Sequence record: OQ417966.1
Reading direction: 5' to 3' (one strand)
Origin: Mycobacterium phage prophiT36-1
Length of the DNA stretch: 64,000 nt
Part shown: positions 9,202-19,662 of the stretch, one piece after another
How the letters are laid out: each line of letters opens with the position of its first letter
Position numbering within the stretch: position 1 is the stretch's first letter
Program-made: the position numbers and the translations under genes
Notes under the pieces: model-generated
Seen by the model: only the letters and a program-made list of their open reading frames with translations
Databases searched by the model: none
Told to the model about the DNA's origin: nothing

Positions 9202-12200
9202 GTGACCACGCCCGTCGGCTCGATTCGCCTTGATCTGTCGATCGACGGTTCGAACCTTGACGACGAGATCACTGCTGCTGTGCAAAAGCACATGGGGCCC
9301 GCCATGGCGAGGCTTCAAGCGCAGCTTGATCGAATCGAGCGTGAGTATGTCGAGGCCGCGCGTGCGGCTGAAAAGTCCTCCGCTAAGCAGACAGCGGCAG
9401 CCAGGGCCGTTGCCGAAGCGGTCGAGGACATCGGTGACGAGCACACCAAGTCGGCAGCCAAAGCGCGTGCTGGCGAGAGCGTTTCGACACGGTCGATCAA
9501 CGCGACCACCCGGGCCATCCAAAAGCAGACAGCAGCCTGGGAAGCGAACGCGGCGGCGCGGATCGCTGCGGCAGCTGCACCGACCCCGGCCGGACCACCG
9601 CCAGGCGGCGGTAGCCGAGGTGGGGGAGGCGGCGGCTCTGGCGGCGGTGTCAGATGGCATGGCGGCAGGGGAGGTTTCCTTTCCAGCCCCATGGGATTGA
9701 ATGCGATTTCACTCGGTGTCGGCAGCCTTCCGGCCGCGACCACGGCCGTTGTCAACCTCACCGGGGCACTGCAGCAGCTCGTCCAGGTCGGATTCGTTGT
9801 ACCTGGCGTCATCGGCGGCATGGTCTCGTCGATCGGCACCGCGGTGTTGGGGTTCCACGGCCTGTCCGACGCGGTGAAGGCATCGTGGGAGGCCGCGAAG
9901 TCGGGCGACCCGAAGGACATCAAGAAAGCTGCCGAGGCAATGCAGGGCCTTGCCCCGGCGGTCCAGGGCGTCGTCAAGGCCATAGTTTCCGCGCGCCCTC
10001 AGCTGGAGCATCTGCAGCGCGACATCGTGGCGCAGAACATGTTCGAAGGCGTCGATCAGAGCATCACCGAACTGACCGACAAATCGATACCCACCTTGGA
10101 GAAGGGCCTCGGCGGCATATCGAAGGCATGGAACGCCACGTTCAAGGAGCTGGGCCGCGTCGGCGGCCTGGACTCCTCGCAGTCAATCTTGGACAAGCTG
10201 TTCGGCAACACCGCCGACGCGCAGAACCGCGCCAACGCGGCGATCGAACCGCTGATCCACGGTTTCGGCACACTGACTGCCGAGGGCAGCGACTTCCTGC
10301 CGCGTATCGCCGACGGGTTGACCGCTGTCACAAAGCGATTCGACAACTGGATCACCCGGTCGGTGGAGAACGGCAACCTCGACAAATGGATCACCGAAGG
10401 CATCGAGGGTGCCGACCATCTGGGCAACACACTGCTGAACATCGGCAAGATCATCGCCTCGATCACCAAAGCCGCTGGCGGCGACGGCGGTCTGTTGTCC
10501 GCGCTCGACGGCGGGTCCGGCGCGCTGGCCGACTTCCTGGCATCGGACAAGGGCCAAGAGAAGCTGATCAAGTTCTTCACAGAGGGACGCGAGCAGATCA
10601 AGCAGTGGATGCCGATCCTGGGCAACGTCGCCTCGCTCCTTGGCGATGTTTACGACGGCATGAAGCAGTGGACCGCGGTGCTGCTGCCGATCCTCAAAAT
10701 GGTTACCGACCTTCTCAACTCGATGCCAGGCGGCATCTCCGGTGTCGTCACAGCATTCCTGGCGTGGAGAACGATCTCCGGCATTACCTCGGTTCTGTCC
10801 GGGGTAAACAGCATCGGGTCGGCCCTGGACGGTTTACCTGGGAAGGCAGGGACAGCGGCAGGGGGAATCAACAAGGCGCTGGCAGGTCTGGGCATCGGCG
10901 CGGCGGCATTCCAGATCGGCGGCGGCTTGATCAACTCGGATTCGGGGTTGGCGCAGGCCGGAGGGTTCGCCGCCAACATCGGTGGCGGTGCCCTGGCCGG
11001 TGGCCTGATGGGCGGTCCGTGGGGTGCTGCGCTCGGCGCCATGATTGGTGCCGGTGTGTCGTTGTTCGAGCTGTCTCGCAAGCGCCTGGAAGAAGGCAAA
11101 GCCGAGTGGGACAAGTCGTGGCAGGAGCACCATGACAACCCACCGCCGCCGGTTATCTCCCCCAGTGGCATCGACCTCAAGACGATGCTTCCGGTCGACC
11201 GTGGACCGTCGCTGTCGCAAGGCATGCTCGCGCAGATTCAGGCCGGGAAACTTCCGGGGTACAGCATCGGCCCGAACGGCGCGGTGATTGGTCCCGAGGG
11301 TCAACCACTGCCCGGCGTGAACCTGGGCGGCGTGACGCCGTACACCCCCTCGTTCCCGCTACCAACGCTACCGCCCCCTGCTCTGCCTCCACAGAAGCAA
11401 CCGACCACGTTCCTGCCGATACCCGGCGCGACGGGGCAAAACGTGCCCGCCCCGCAAGGAACTAACCTCGGTCAGTTGATCGGCGCCGGTGCGTTGCCCG
11501 AGGTACAGGCCAACGTCCAGAAGTTGGCATCGGACATCCAGGCACTGCCCGAGGGTGAGGTCAAGATCAAAGACCCGTCGCCCGAGGTGATGAAAAACCT
11601 TGAGTCCCTGGATGTCCAGATCACCAAGGTCTCGGAGAACGAGATCCAGGTCAAGGCCAACACCAGTGCGGCACAAGCCCAGGTCGAAGCGTTCATCCTC
11701 AAGTACAAGCAGCAGACGATCACCATGATGATCCAGGCGCAGGGAATGACTCCCGCGGTGCCGCCTGGCCGCGCCGACGGCGGCGTGCTGCCCGGTTGGT
11801 CTCCCGGTGTCGACAACATGCTGGTACCGATGTCCGGCGGCGAGGGCGTGCTCATCCCCGAGGCTGTGCGCGGCCTGGGTGGGGCTGCAGCCATTTACGC
11901 CATCAACAGCCGGTTCCGTAGCGGTCTGTCCCGCAGGGGATACGCCGACGGCGGCGTGGTCGGTGCGGTGGCAGGTATTCCTGGCGTGGATGACAACACC
12001 GAACTCGGAGTGCTGCGACAAATCCGGGACCTGTTGGCCGGCAAGGGCGGAGGTCCGCTGCCCGCGACCTCGGATGCCATCAAGTCCATCGCCTCCGACG
12101 GCGTCGCATCGGCCACTGGCAATTCGCCGGCACGGATGGGGCCATTCGGCACACCGATCAAGGCACGCAATCCCGGCTACGAGGCCGCCGCGGCGGCGAT

Positions 12201-14793
12201 CCAAGCGCTGGGAGGAGATCCGGCGAAGTGGATTGGCGAGGACCCGAGCACCTACCTGCCCCGCGGTATCGGCGGAATCGGTGGTGTGGGTGCCGGCGGA
12301 TACGCGCAGTACGCGGCGCTGCTGTCAAAGTTCGCCAAGAGCGGCAAACTGACAGCCGAACTCGTCGGTGCTGGTCTGGACGCCAATGACCCGGTCATCC
12401 GGGCGATCACCACCGCACGGAACAAGAAACGGGGTGCCCTCGGAGACGACGCTATCGCCGCGCTGGTTGAGCAGATCATCGGCGGCGGCGGATACACCGG
12501 CTCCCTGAACTCGAGTAACAGCGCGCTGATCAGCTCGTTGCAGACGTTCCGTGACAAGCTCGGCAGGACAGCGGTTCCCAACGGCACCGCAATCGCGGCG
12601 CTCCCGGCAGGCGGCGGCCCGAAGGGCTCCAAGTCAGGGCTGCAACCCAACGCGAACCAGCTGTGGGACTTCATTGCCACCAACTTCCCCGAGGTCCGCG
12701 AGATAGGGGGAGTGCGCCAGGACGCTATCTCCGATCACCCGAGCGGCCGCGCATTGGACATCATGGTCGGCCAAAACAAGGAACTCGGCGACCGTATCAA
12801 CGCGGCGTTGCGCGCCAACTACATTGCGCTGGGCCTGGACTCAACAATTTGGCGCGACAAGTGGGAAGACTTCAACGGCAACAGCTCCACCGTCGCCGGA
12901 CACCAGGACCACATCCACGCCAAGGTCGCCGCCGGCGCGGCCACGGGCATGCCCGGATTGCCGATGCCAGGCGGTGCCCCCGGTCTGGCCGGCATGGGCA
13001 GCGGCGTGGTCCCGGTCTACGTGACCAACTTCGACGGCCAAATGCGCGGCATGGGCGACCAAATGCTTGGTGCGCTGTCGCAGTCGGGTGGACTAGCCGC
13101 GTCAAACGTCGCAGGCGACATGATGAGCGCGGTCGCCGGGCTCGGCCAGGAGCCCTGGAACAAGAAGAACGCCAACTACACCGAGCTCAATCAGCTCGTC
13201 AAGGAACGCAACCCGCTGGCACTTGCCAAGGCCATGGGCCTGAATGTCGAAGACTTCACCCGCGCCGGCGGCGACGCAGGAGAACTCACCACCAACGACG
13301 GCAAGGCCTTCGACGCCAGCGGACGCATGTTCTCCGACACAGGCGCCTTACTTGACCGGACATTCACCAGCGTCAACGCCCAACTCAACGCCATGCGTGA
13401 ACAACTCGTCGATGTCATCGAGCAGACCAACGCCAAACTCAACGAGGAAGCGCTGGAGCCGGTCGTCAAGGCGGGTGTGCAATCGGCCCTGGAGAGCTTG
13501 AAGGACAGCGTGAGCGGCCAGATCGGTACCGCCCTGGGGCAGGCGGCTGCACCACCGATCGCCGATGCGGTCCGCAGCGCGATCCCAGCCGACGGCGGCG
13601 GTGGCGGAGCTGCAGCCGGCATCGGCGGCAACATCGCCGGCGCACTCTTCGCCACCGGCGGCCCAGTGTATGGCGGCATCCCGGGCAAGGATTCCGTTCC
13701 GGCGCTGTTAATGCCGAACGAACACGTGCTCACCACCGACGACGTAGCCCGCATGGGTGGGCATGCTGGTGTCTACGCGTTCCGGGCCGCCCTTGCCCGC
13801 CACGGTGGTGTGCGCGGGTTCGCCACCGGCGGCGGAGTCAACGTCAACGACACGGTGGGCGCGGAATTCTTTGGCGTATCGCAGATCCCGATCCTGGGCG
13901 CCATCGTCAACCTGCTGGTTCGTGTGCTGCTACGGGTGCTGGGTGTCGAGATCGAAGCCCGAGACACCCTCAATGAGATGACCGACGAGTTCCGCCAGTT
14001 CCGCGGCGACTTCGAAGCATTCGATGCCAGCGGACGCCTGATGAACGACACCTCCGCGCTCGTCGACCGCTCATCCACCAGCGAGGAAGAAGCAGCACAG
14101 GAACGCATCCGGATCCTCAAGATAGTGATCGAGGCGCTGATCAAATACATCATCGAGAAGGTCATCGTGCCGATCGCGAAAGCCGTTGCCAACGCCGCGA
14201 TCCAAGCGGGAGCATCGGCGGCCGGCGCCGCGGTCAACACCCAAGCACCGGGCGCTGGCGGCATTGTGTCCGCTCTCATCAGCTCAGGTGGGCAGGCGGG
14301 CGTGGACATCATCGCCGAGATCGGCAGCCAGCTCGCCGTCGAGGCGGCAGGGGTGATCATCGACATGCTGGGCGAAGGGCTGCAAAGCTACTTCCCGGAC
14401 ATCGTCAACGCCATCTTCGGTGGCGGGCTGCTGGAGAACCTGATCGCCGCACCGATCACCGCGGCGCTCGAAATTCCGCTGGCCATCATCGGTGCACTCA
14501 GCGGCGGCTTGACAGGCCTGTTCGCGCCGTTGCTGGCCATCCTGGGTGGCGGATCATTCGATCGGGGCGGCCTCGCGCGCGGTGTCGGCATGATGCCCAA
14601 GGCAACGATCCGGCCAGAGCGCGTCCTATCGCCGCAACAGACCATCCTCTTCGAGCGCATGATCGCCGCCCTGGAACGCAACCCTGGCGGCGCCAGCGGC
14701 AACCCCACGTACGTGACCGCGCAGATCAACGTCGAGGGCGGCCCACGAGCGGGCGAGAACGTCCGCGCCGGACTGTTGGAGCTGATGAGCTGA
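9202..14793 (+). CDS. Tail tape measure protein, 1863 aa, containing an internal LAS/M15-type peptidoglycan hydrolase motif (the mycobacteriophage TMP 'motif 3').
   Basis: Single giant ORF, Ala/Gly-rich with coiled-coil and low-complexity stretches, located between the chaperone-like gene and the minor tail genes. Internal signature SDHPSGRALDIMV ... HQDHIH (12720-12920) matches S-x-H-x-x-G-x-A-x-D plus a His cluster. Confidence 0.85.
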   Translation: MTTPVGSIRLDLSIDGSNLDDEITAAVQKHMGPAMARLQAQLDRIEREYVEAARAAEKSSAKQTAAARAVAEAVEDIGDEHTKSAAKARAGESVSTRSINATTRAIQKQTAAWEANAAARIAAAAAPTPAGPPPGGGSRGGGGGGSGGGVRWHGGRGGFLSSPMGLNAISLGVGSLPAATTAVVNLTGALQQLVQVGFVVPGVIGGMVSSIGTAVLGFHGLSDAVKASWEAAKSGDPKDIKKAAEAMQGLAPAVQGVVKAIVSARPQLEHLQRDIVAQNMFEGVDQSITELTDKSIPTLEKGLGGISKAWNATFKELGRVGGLDSSQSILDKLFGNTADAQNRANAAIEPLIHGFGTLTAEGSDFLPRIADGLTAVTKRFDNWITRSVENGNLDKWITEGIEGADHLGNTLLNIGKIIASITKAAGGDGGLLSALDGGSGALADFLASDKGQEKLIKFFTEGREQIKQWMPILGNVASLLGDVYDGMKQWTAVLLPILKMVTDLLNSMPGGISGVVTAFLAWRTISGITSVLSGVNSIGSALDGLPGKAGTAAGGINKALAGLGIGAAAFQIGGGLINSDSGLAQAGGFAANIGGGALAGGLMGGPWGAALGAMIGAGVSLFELSRKRLEEGKAEWDKSWQEHHDNPPPPVISPSGIDLKTMLPVDRGPSLSQGMLAQIQAGKLPGYSIGPNGAVIGPEGQPLPGVNLGGVTPYTPSFPLPTLPPPALPPQKQPTTFLPIPGATGQNVPAPQGTNLGQLIGAGALPEVQANVQKLASDIQALPEGEVKIKDPSPEVMKNLESLDVQITKVSENEIQVKANTSAAQAQVEAFILKYKQQTITMMIQAQGMTPAVPPGRADGGVLPGWSPGVDNMLVPMSGGEGVLIPEAVRGLGGAAAIYAINSRFRSGLSRRGYADGGVVGAVAGIPGVDDNTELGVLRQIRDLLAGKGGGPLPATSDAIKSIASDGVASATGNSPARMGPFGTPIKARNPGYEAAAAAIQALGGDPAKWIGEDPSTYLPRGIGGIGGVGAGGYAQYAALLSKFAKSGKLTAELVGAGLDANDPVIRAITTARNKKRGALGDDAIAALVEQIIGGGGYTGSLNSSNSALISSLQTFRDKLGRTAVPNGTAIAALPAGGGPKGSKSGLQPNANQLWDFIATNFPEVREIGGVRQDAISDHPSGRALDIMVGQNKELGDRINAALRANYIALGLDSTIWRDKWEDFNGNSSTVAGHQDHIHAKVAAGAATGMPGLPMPGGAPGLAGMGSGVVPVYVTNFDGQMRGMGDQMLGALSQSGGLAASNVAGDMMSAVAGLGQEPWNKKNANYTELNQLVKERNPLALAKAMGLNVEDFTRAGGDAGELTTNDGKAFDASGRMFSDTGALLDRTFTSVNAQLNAMREQLVDVIEQTNAKLNEEALEPVVKAGVQSALESLKDSVSGQIGTALGQAAAPPIADAVRSAIPADGGGGGAAAGIGGNIAGALFATGGPVYGGIPGKDSVPALLMPNEHVLTTDDVARMGGHAGVYAFRAALARHGGVRGFATGGGVNVNDTVGAEFFGVSQIPILGAIVNLLVRVLLRVLGVEIEARDTLNEMTDEFRQFRGDFEAFDASGRLMNDTSALVDRSSTSEEEAAQERIRILKIVIEALIKYIIEKVIVPIAKAVANAAIQAGASAAGAAVNTQAPGAGGIVSALISSGGQAGVDIIAEIGSQLAVEAAGVIIDMLGEGLQSYFPDIVNAIFGGGLLENLIAAPITAALEIPLAIIGALSGGLTGLFAPLLAILGGGSFDRGGLARGVGMMPKATIRPERVLSPQQTILFERMIAALERNPGGASGNPTYVTAQINVEGGPRAGENVRAGLLELMS

Positions 14794-16229
14794 TGGCCTA
14801 CCGCGGATACTTCGCCCTCAACGGCGTGGAGATCGCCAACAGCTCCCGGGTGATCGCGCACCTGGGCCAGGATGTGCCAACCAGCGACATCGGTGTCTTT
14901 GGCGACGATCCGAGCACCGACTGCGCGCTCATCGAATCCACCGAATTTCCGGGGTTCTACGAAATCCCCGACAGCTCCACCGAAGTGAGCCCCGGCCTGC
15001 TCACGCCGCCCAACGGTGCCCGCCGGCTGGGGCCCGGCCTGTTTGAGATCAACGGCACGTGCTGGGGTCCGATCGCGTTCTGCGGCTCGTGCTCCACAAT
15101 CGTCACCTACGATGATTCGTGGCCAGGTCTTCGGGAATTCCTGGGCGACAACATCTATCGACCCGAGCTGGCACCGTGGTACAGCACCGAACTGCCCGAA
15201 TCCACAGAGTTCGGTGGCGTATGGGTGATGAAAATCGACGGCCTGGGAGCAACACCGGTAGAACGGCCCATCACCCAGATGACCGGATCAGGGGCCGCGG
15301 CCGGCCCGCATAGAGACCTGTCACGCACCCTCACGTTCGAGGCGCTGATGATCGCCTGCACTCACGCTGGCGTCGAGTTTGGCATGGACTGGTTGTCCTG
15401 CATCCTGCGGGACACCATCGACGACAACACCAGCGTTCTGCGTTATCTTGCTGCCAGCCCAGCGCATTCGGGCGTCGATCCGGCATCGTTGGTGCGTGAG
15501 GTGCATGGCGTTGTCTTGACCAAAGAGCCGCGGATCATCTCGGAATACAACACCCAGGCCGGCCAGCATCACCAAGCCAACCTGTATCGCATCAGCTGGG
15601 AAATGACGGTGCTCTCGCCCTATGCCTACCTGCCGCAGGTAAGGGTGCCGGTCGACTGGGACGAGATCACCAGGCAGCCGGTCAACTGGGTTCACGCTGC
15701 CGACTGCGAAAAGCCCTCCACCTGTTCGGACATGCCGGTGCTGTTCTCCGCTGACTGCGTGCCCGAGGAGATCGCGATCCTGGACACTCCGCCGCCGGTG
15801 TGCGGCGGGTGCCTGCCGGTCGGCGAGATCGACAAGTACAGCTTCCGTATCCCCACCATGGATTACGCGTTCCGTTGCCGGGACACCGCGGTCAGTATCG
15901 CGATCCGTAACCTCGGCGGGACGCCGTTGACACTGCAAGCGTTTCTGCGGGTGTGCGGCACCGATGTGCGCTGCGAAGACAACCGATTCCCGCTGCAGGT
16001 ATCGGGTCTGCCACCACTGACAGAGCTGGTCCTCGACGGCATCTCGGGGCGCTACTGGGCCATCTATGACGACCGCAAGCACCGCGCCGTCGGGATCGTC
16101 GGCACCCCCAACGGCGCGCCCTGGCGACCACCACGTATCGACCGCGAAACATGCTGGGATTTCATCGTTCAAACAGCTAGCACCTCGCAATTCGAGGTCA
16201 CCATGACACTCACCGATCGGGAGCCGTGA
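14793..16229 (+). CDS. Minor tail protein in the distal-tail (Dit) position, 478 aa.
   Basis: ATGA overlap with the tape measure stop. First gene after the tape measure, in the conserved siphovirus order. Confidence 0.5.
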   Translation: MAYRGYFALNGVEIANSSRVIAHLGQDVPTSDIGVFGDDPSTDCALIESTEFPGFYEIPDSSTEVSPGLLTPPNGARRLGPGLFEINGTCWGPIAFCGSCSTIVTYDDSWPGLREFLGDNIYRPELAPWYSTELPESTEFGGVWVMKIDGLGATPVERPITQMTGSGAAAGPHRDLSRTLTFEALMIACTHAGVEFGMDWLSCILRDTIDDNTSVLRYLAASPAHSGVDPASLVREVHGVVLTKEPRIISEYNTQAGQHHQANLYRISWEMTVLSPYAYLPQVRVPVDWDEITRQPVNWVHAADCEKPSTCSDMPVLFSADCVPEEIAILDTPPPVCGGCLPVGEIDKYSFRIPTMDYAFRCRDTAVSIAIRNLGGTPLTLQAFLRVCGTDVRCEDNRFPLQVSGLPPLTELVLDGISGRYWAIYDDRKHRAVGIVGTPNGAPWRPPRIDRETCWDFIVQTASTSQFEVTMTLTDREP

Positions 16230-16232
16230 GCC

Positions 16233-17270
16233 GTGCCGGTCATCAGCACTGAACAGATCGTGTCGCTGCGCACCGCCAGCGGCAAGCAACTCGACCAATT
16301 CCTGGCCACGCATCAGGAGTCGTTGAAATGGACCCGCGAGCAGCGGCAAGTATCGGTGCTGGAAATGACCGTGCCGAGCGTGATCGACGCCGGCCGCATG
16401 GACATCACACCGTGGCTGCATTGGATCGACGTGTTCGATGATCAGGGCCGCGAGCTGTACTGGTCAGGACCGATCCAGCGGGTCTCAGCTAGCCGCTCAC
16501 GAACCTCCATTTCCGCGCGGGATATGTCGGCGTTGATGACCCGCACCCGCTGCCCGTTGACGAAAAACTGGGATGCAGCCGACCCCTCGAAGATCGCGGG
16601 CGAGCTGTGGGCCGCGATGATCGCCCACCACGGACTGAACACTCGAGCCATCGAACGCGTGGACCCGCGCGGCGACCACTTCGATTTCGAGGCTATCGCC
16701 GACGAGCAGATGATGAGTGCGACGTTCGATCGGCTCGTCGGGCTGGGGCTGCACTGGACAGTCGTGGGCGGTGTGCCCATCCTGGGCCCGGCCCAGCTCA
16801 AATCGATTGTGGCGCTCGGCGAAGACGACTTCACGGGCGGGGAGTTCTCGATCGTGCGTGATGGCAGCCAGACCTACAACGATGTCCTACTGCGCGGCGG
16901 CGACAACCTGGCTCGCGCCAGCGTGCCGATGGGCGGTCTGCGGTTGCAGACGATCAACAACATCGACGACATGTTCGGTGTTTCCAACGTCGACCGCGCA
17001 GCCAAGCAATACGTGCGCTACACCGGGGCCATCAAAGACACCTTGGTGCTCTCTGACGGTGCCGTGCTGCATCCTGATGCTCCGCTAGACATTTCGCAGC
17101 TGATCCCGTCAGTACGGTTCAACGTCGAAGCACTGGGGGTGCTGCAACTGATGGAACTGCAGAACGTCACAGTCACCGGTGACGGAGCCGTGGCGCTCAC
17201 GCTGGCTTCGGTCAACGACGACCTACCGGAACTGGTGGAGATCGCCCAGAAAGGGGCGGTGACACAGTGA
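16233..17270 (+). CDS. Minor tail protein, 345 aa.
   Basis: GTG start 3 nt after the upstream stop. Located in the tail-tip region. Confidence 0.45.
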   Translation: MPVISTEQIVSLRTASGKQLDQFLATHQESLKWTREQRQVSVLEMTVPSVIDAGRMDITPWLHWIDVFDDQGRELYWSGPIQRVSASRSRTSISARDMSALMTRTRCPLTKNWDAADPSKIAGELWAAMIAHHGLNTRAIERVDPRGDHFDFEAIADEQMMSATFDRLVGLGLHWTVVGGVPILGPAQLKSIVALGEDDFTGGEFSIVRDGSQTYNDVLLRGGDNLARASVPMGGLRLQTINNIDDMFGVSNVDRAAKQYVRYTGAIKDTLVLSDGAVLHPDAPLDISQLIPSVRFNVEALGVLQLMELQNVTVTGDGAVALTLASVNDDLPELVEIAQKGAVTQ

Positions 17271-19633
17271 GCCGAGTTCCAGGCCAGGCGCCGCGCACCG
17301 ACCAGGAGTGGACACGCGAGGTGGCGCAGCGGCTCTCAGCACTCGAAAATCCGCGAACAATCCGGGTGGGGAAGTGGGTTCTGTCCGCGGTCGCCGGCCG
17401 ACTCATGGCGACCAGCCCAGGTGAAGTGCTTGAAGTCGGGCAGGAACCGACGCCCGTTGCGGTTGATTTGAGCCAGCGCGGCAGCCAGGTTTCTGAGCAG
17501 GAGATCGCCGAGGCCGTCACGGGCGGCAACGGTAAGACGTTCACCTCGATCACCGACTGGTTGACGGCGAAGTGGTCGGAGCTCTCGAGTACGACGACGA
17601 ATGCGAATACCGGCCTCGGGAACTGGACGTCATGGCTCACCGGGGGTTCGTGGGCCAACGTCGGTGCCGCGGTGTCCGACTTCCTGAGCACCAAGAGCAC
17701 CGCGGCGACTGCCGGAACCAATGCGGCTACGGGGCTGGGCAATTGGACATCGTGGCTCAGTGGTGGATCGTGGGCGAGCATTGCGGCATCTGTTGCTGAT
17801 TTCCTGGGGACGAAATCAACTGCGAACACCGCGGGCACGAATGCCGCAACCGCGATGGCCGACGCGAGCGCCGCGTCGTCGGCGGCCAGTGCCGCGCAGA
17901 CCAGCGTTCAGAGCACGATCGATGCCGGTATTAACGCGATCCGCAACACCCCTGGTGTGGCCGGTCAGGCGGTCGAAGGATTGGCCGAGGCGCTGGCGTC
18001 GATCCCGACCCAGCTGTTCAATCAGTTCGGCGGCAACAATGTGCCCCGGGCATCCCAGGAGCAGGCTAACGCGGCGATGGCTTCGCTGGTCAACACGGTC
18101 AATTCCCAAGGCGCGGCGATCAATGCGCTGCAAAACATCCTCTCCGATGTCGGCGGATTCAGTGCCTCGATCACGTTCCGCCCGGCGGAAACCACCGTAT
18201 TCACCGGTCCGGGCACTGCGCCGTGGACACCTCCGGCATGGGCGGCAGGTGGGTACGGCGAGTATGTGATCGCGCCGGCCGCCGGTGGTGGCGGTGCCGG
18301 TGAAGGCGGCTCGGGAGCATTCGGTGTCGGCGGCTATCCCGGAGCGTGGGCCACCGGCACCTTCCCCATCGAGGCTGGGGCGTATTCGATCTTCGCCGGC
18401 GGCGGCGGTCTGGGCGGGCAAGACGAGGGTTTGGGCTTCGGCGATAACGGCAGCGCTGGTGATACCTCGACGATCACCAGCCCCACCGGCACACCGGTGG
18501 CCACCGTGGCGGGCGGCGCAGGCGGTGAGGGGGCGCGGCGCGGCGGCAGCGGGCAGAACGGGAAAACCATCAGCCCCCAAACCTTGTCGGCGTTCGGGGA
18601 GGCCTTCACCGCCGGATCCGGGGGTACCGGCAACGCGGGCACCGGTGGCGTGGCCGGTGGCGGTGCGGGCGGTAACGGTGGCCTGTTCGGCAACTACACC
18701 AAGGGTGGCACCGGCGGCCCGGCCAAGATCTGGATGCGCGCCCGCGCACCAATCCCGCCGCAGTTCACCGCCATGGGCACCCTGATCTTGCCCACACTCA
18801 AACTCAACACCGGGGTCGCCCAAACCGATTCGATGACCGCGGCCGGGCAGTGGCGCACCATCGCGCCCGGCGGGGCGGCCGGCGGCTACATGCTGATCAT
18901 CCGCGCCAATTCGGGGTTTACCGATTACGTCTATCTGTGGATCTGGGATGTCTCTGGTGTCACGCACTACGAGCTGGGCCGGGTGGCTTCCGGGGTCAAG
19001 TCCGCGTGGAAGACCGGCACGGTCGGGGCGGCGATCCCGTTCAACGCTTTCACCCTGACCTCCGATGCCGCCCGCACCTTCACCGTCGGGGTCAACGGGA
19101 CCGCGTTCGACTCCTACAACGACTCCGGTGCCACTTCCCTGATGGGCGCGGCCTACCGCTCCGGCGGCTGGGCATCCTCGGACCCGGCGCTGCCCGGCTC
19201 GATGTCACAGTTCGCGTTCCTGGACACCGGCACCCCCGCCCGCATCGTTTCAGGCACCATCGCGACCGCCCAAGGCACCAACAGCACCGCCGCCTACGTG
19301 GACCTGACCACTCCCGGGCCTTCGGTCACTCTGAACGTGCCCGCCAGCGGTGAGGTCACTATCGATGTGTCGGCCGCGTACTCCTCCGGCGGGGCTGCCG
19401 CGCAAACCGGATACATGGGCTGTGCGCTCTCGGGCGCCAACACCCGCGCCGCAACCGATGCCACTGCCGCCTACGGGCGCACCGTCACCGCCGGACTGTT
19501 CGGCACCCTGGCGCGCCGCATCCACCTGACCGGCCTGACCCCGGGCACCACCACGTTCAAAGCCGTCTACAAAACCAGCACCAGCACCGCGACCTTCTCC
19601 GACCGCCACATCATCGTCGAACCCAAACCCTAA
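17267..19633 (+). CDS. Minor tail protein, 788 aa, glycine-rich with internal tandem repeats.
   Basis: GTGA overlap start. Contains a ~40-aa tandem duplication (NxxTGLGNWTSWLxGGSWAxxxAxVxDFLxTKSTAxTAGT, twice) and a long Gly-rich segment (GGYGEYVIAPAAGGGGAGEGGSGAFGVGGYPG...), typical of mycobacteriophage minor tail proteins. Confidence 0.55.
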   Translation: MSRVPGQAPRTDQEWTREVAQRLSALENPRTIRVGKWVLSAVAGRLMATSPGEVLEVGQEPTPVAVDLSQRGSQVSEQEIAEAVTGGNGKTFTSITDWLTAKWSELSSTTTNANTGLGNWTSWLTGGSWANVGAAVSDFLSTKSTAATAGTNAATGLGNWTSWLSGGSWASIAASVADFLGTKSTANTAGTNAATAMADASAASSAASAAQTSVQSTIDAGINAIRNTPGVAGQAVEGLAEALASIPTQLFNQFGGNNVPRASQEQANAAMASLVNTVNSQGAAINALQNILSDVGGFSASITFRPAETTVFTGPGTAPWTPPAWAAGGYGEYVIAPAAGGGGAGEGGSGAFGVGGYPGAWATGTFPIEAGAYSIFAGGGGLGGQDEGLGFGDNGSAGDTSTITSPTGTPVATVAGGAGGEGARRGGSGQNGKTISPQTLSAFGEAFTAGSGGTGNAGTGGVAGGGAGGNGGLFGNYTKGGTGGPAKIWMRARAPIPPQFTAMGTLILPTLKLNTGVAQTDSMTAAGQWRTIAPGGAAGGYMLIIRANSGFTDYVYLWIWDVSGVTHYELGRVASGVKSAWKTGTVGAAIPFNAFTLTSDAARTFTVGVNGTAFDSYNDSGATSLMGAAYRSGGWASSDPALPGSMSQFAFLDTGTPARIVSGTIATAQGTNSTAAYVDLTTPGPSVTLNVPASGEVTIDVSAAYSSGGAAAQTGYMGCALSGANTRAATDATAAYGRTVTAGLFGTLARRIHLTGLTPGTTTFKAVYKTSTSTATFSDRHIIVEPKP
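17601..17860 (+). repeat. In-frame tandem repeat of two ~120-bp units plus a partial third, inside the 788-aa minor tail gene.
   Basis: The protein segments NANTGLGNWTSWLTGGSWANVGAAVSDFLSTKSTAATAGT and NAATGLGNWTSWLSGGSWASIAASVADFLGTKSTANTAGT are adjacent and about 85% identical. Confidence 0.5.
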
Positions 19634-19662
19634 GACCGCACCGCGAAAGGCATAGAGAAATC

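Noticed and set aside
9654-13355. Alternative-frame ORFs inside the tape measure gene (493-aa at 9654-11135, 230-aa at 12663-13355) and the minus-strand ORFs 11368-12204 and 13773-14366
   Set aside because: Extreme Arg/Gly/Pro composition and no independent start signals. The tape measure frame has coherent protein-like composition and operon context.
18240-18720. Glycine-rich repetitive DNA in the 788-aa tail gene as a possible CRISPR or other repeat array
   Set aside because: The repeats are in-frame coding repeats (Gly-rich protein). They have no regular repeat/spacer periodicity and there are no cas genes.
15321-18967. Long minus-strand ORFs (366 aa at 15321-16421, 383 aa at 17816-18967) antisense to the minor tail genes
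   Set aside because: GC-driven spurious frames. They have no RBS and show junk-like composition.
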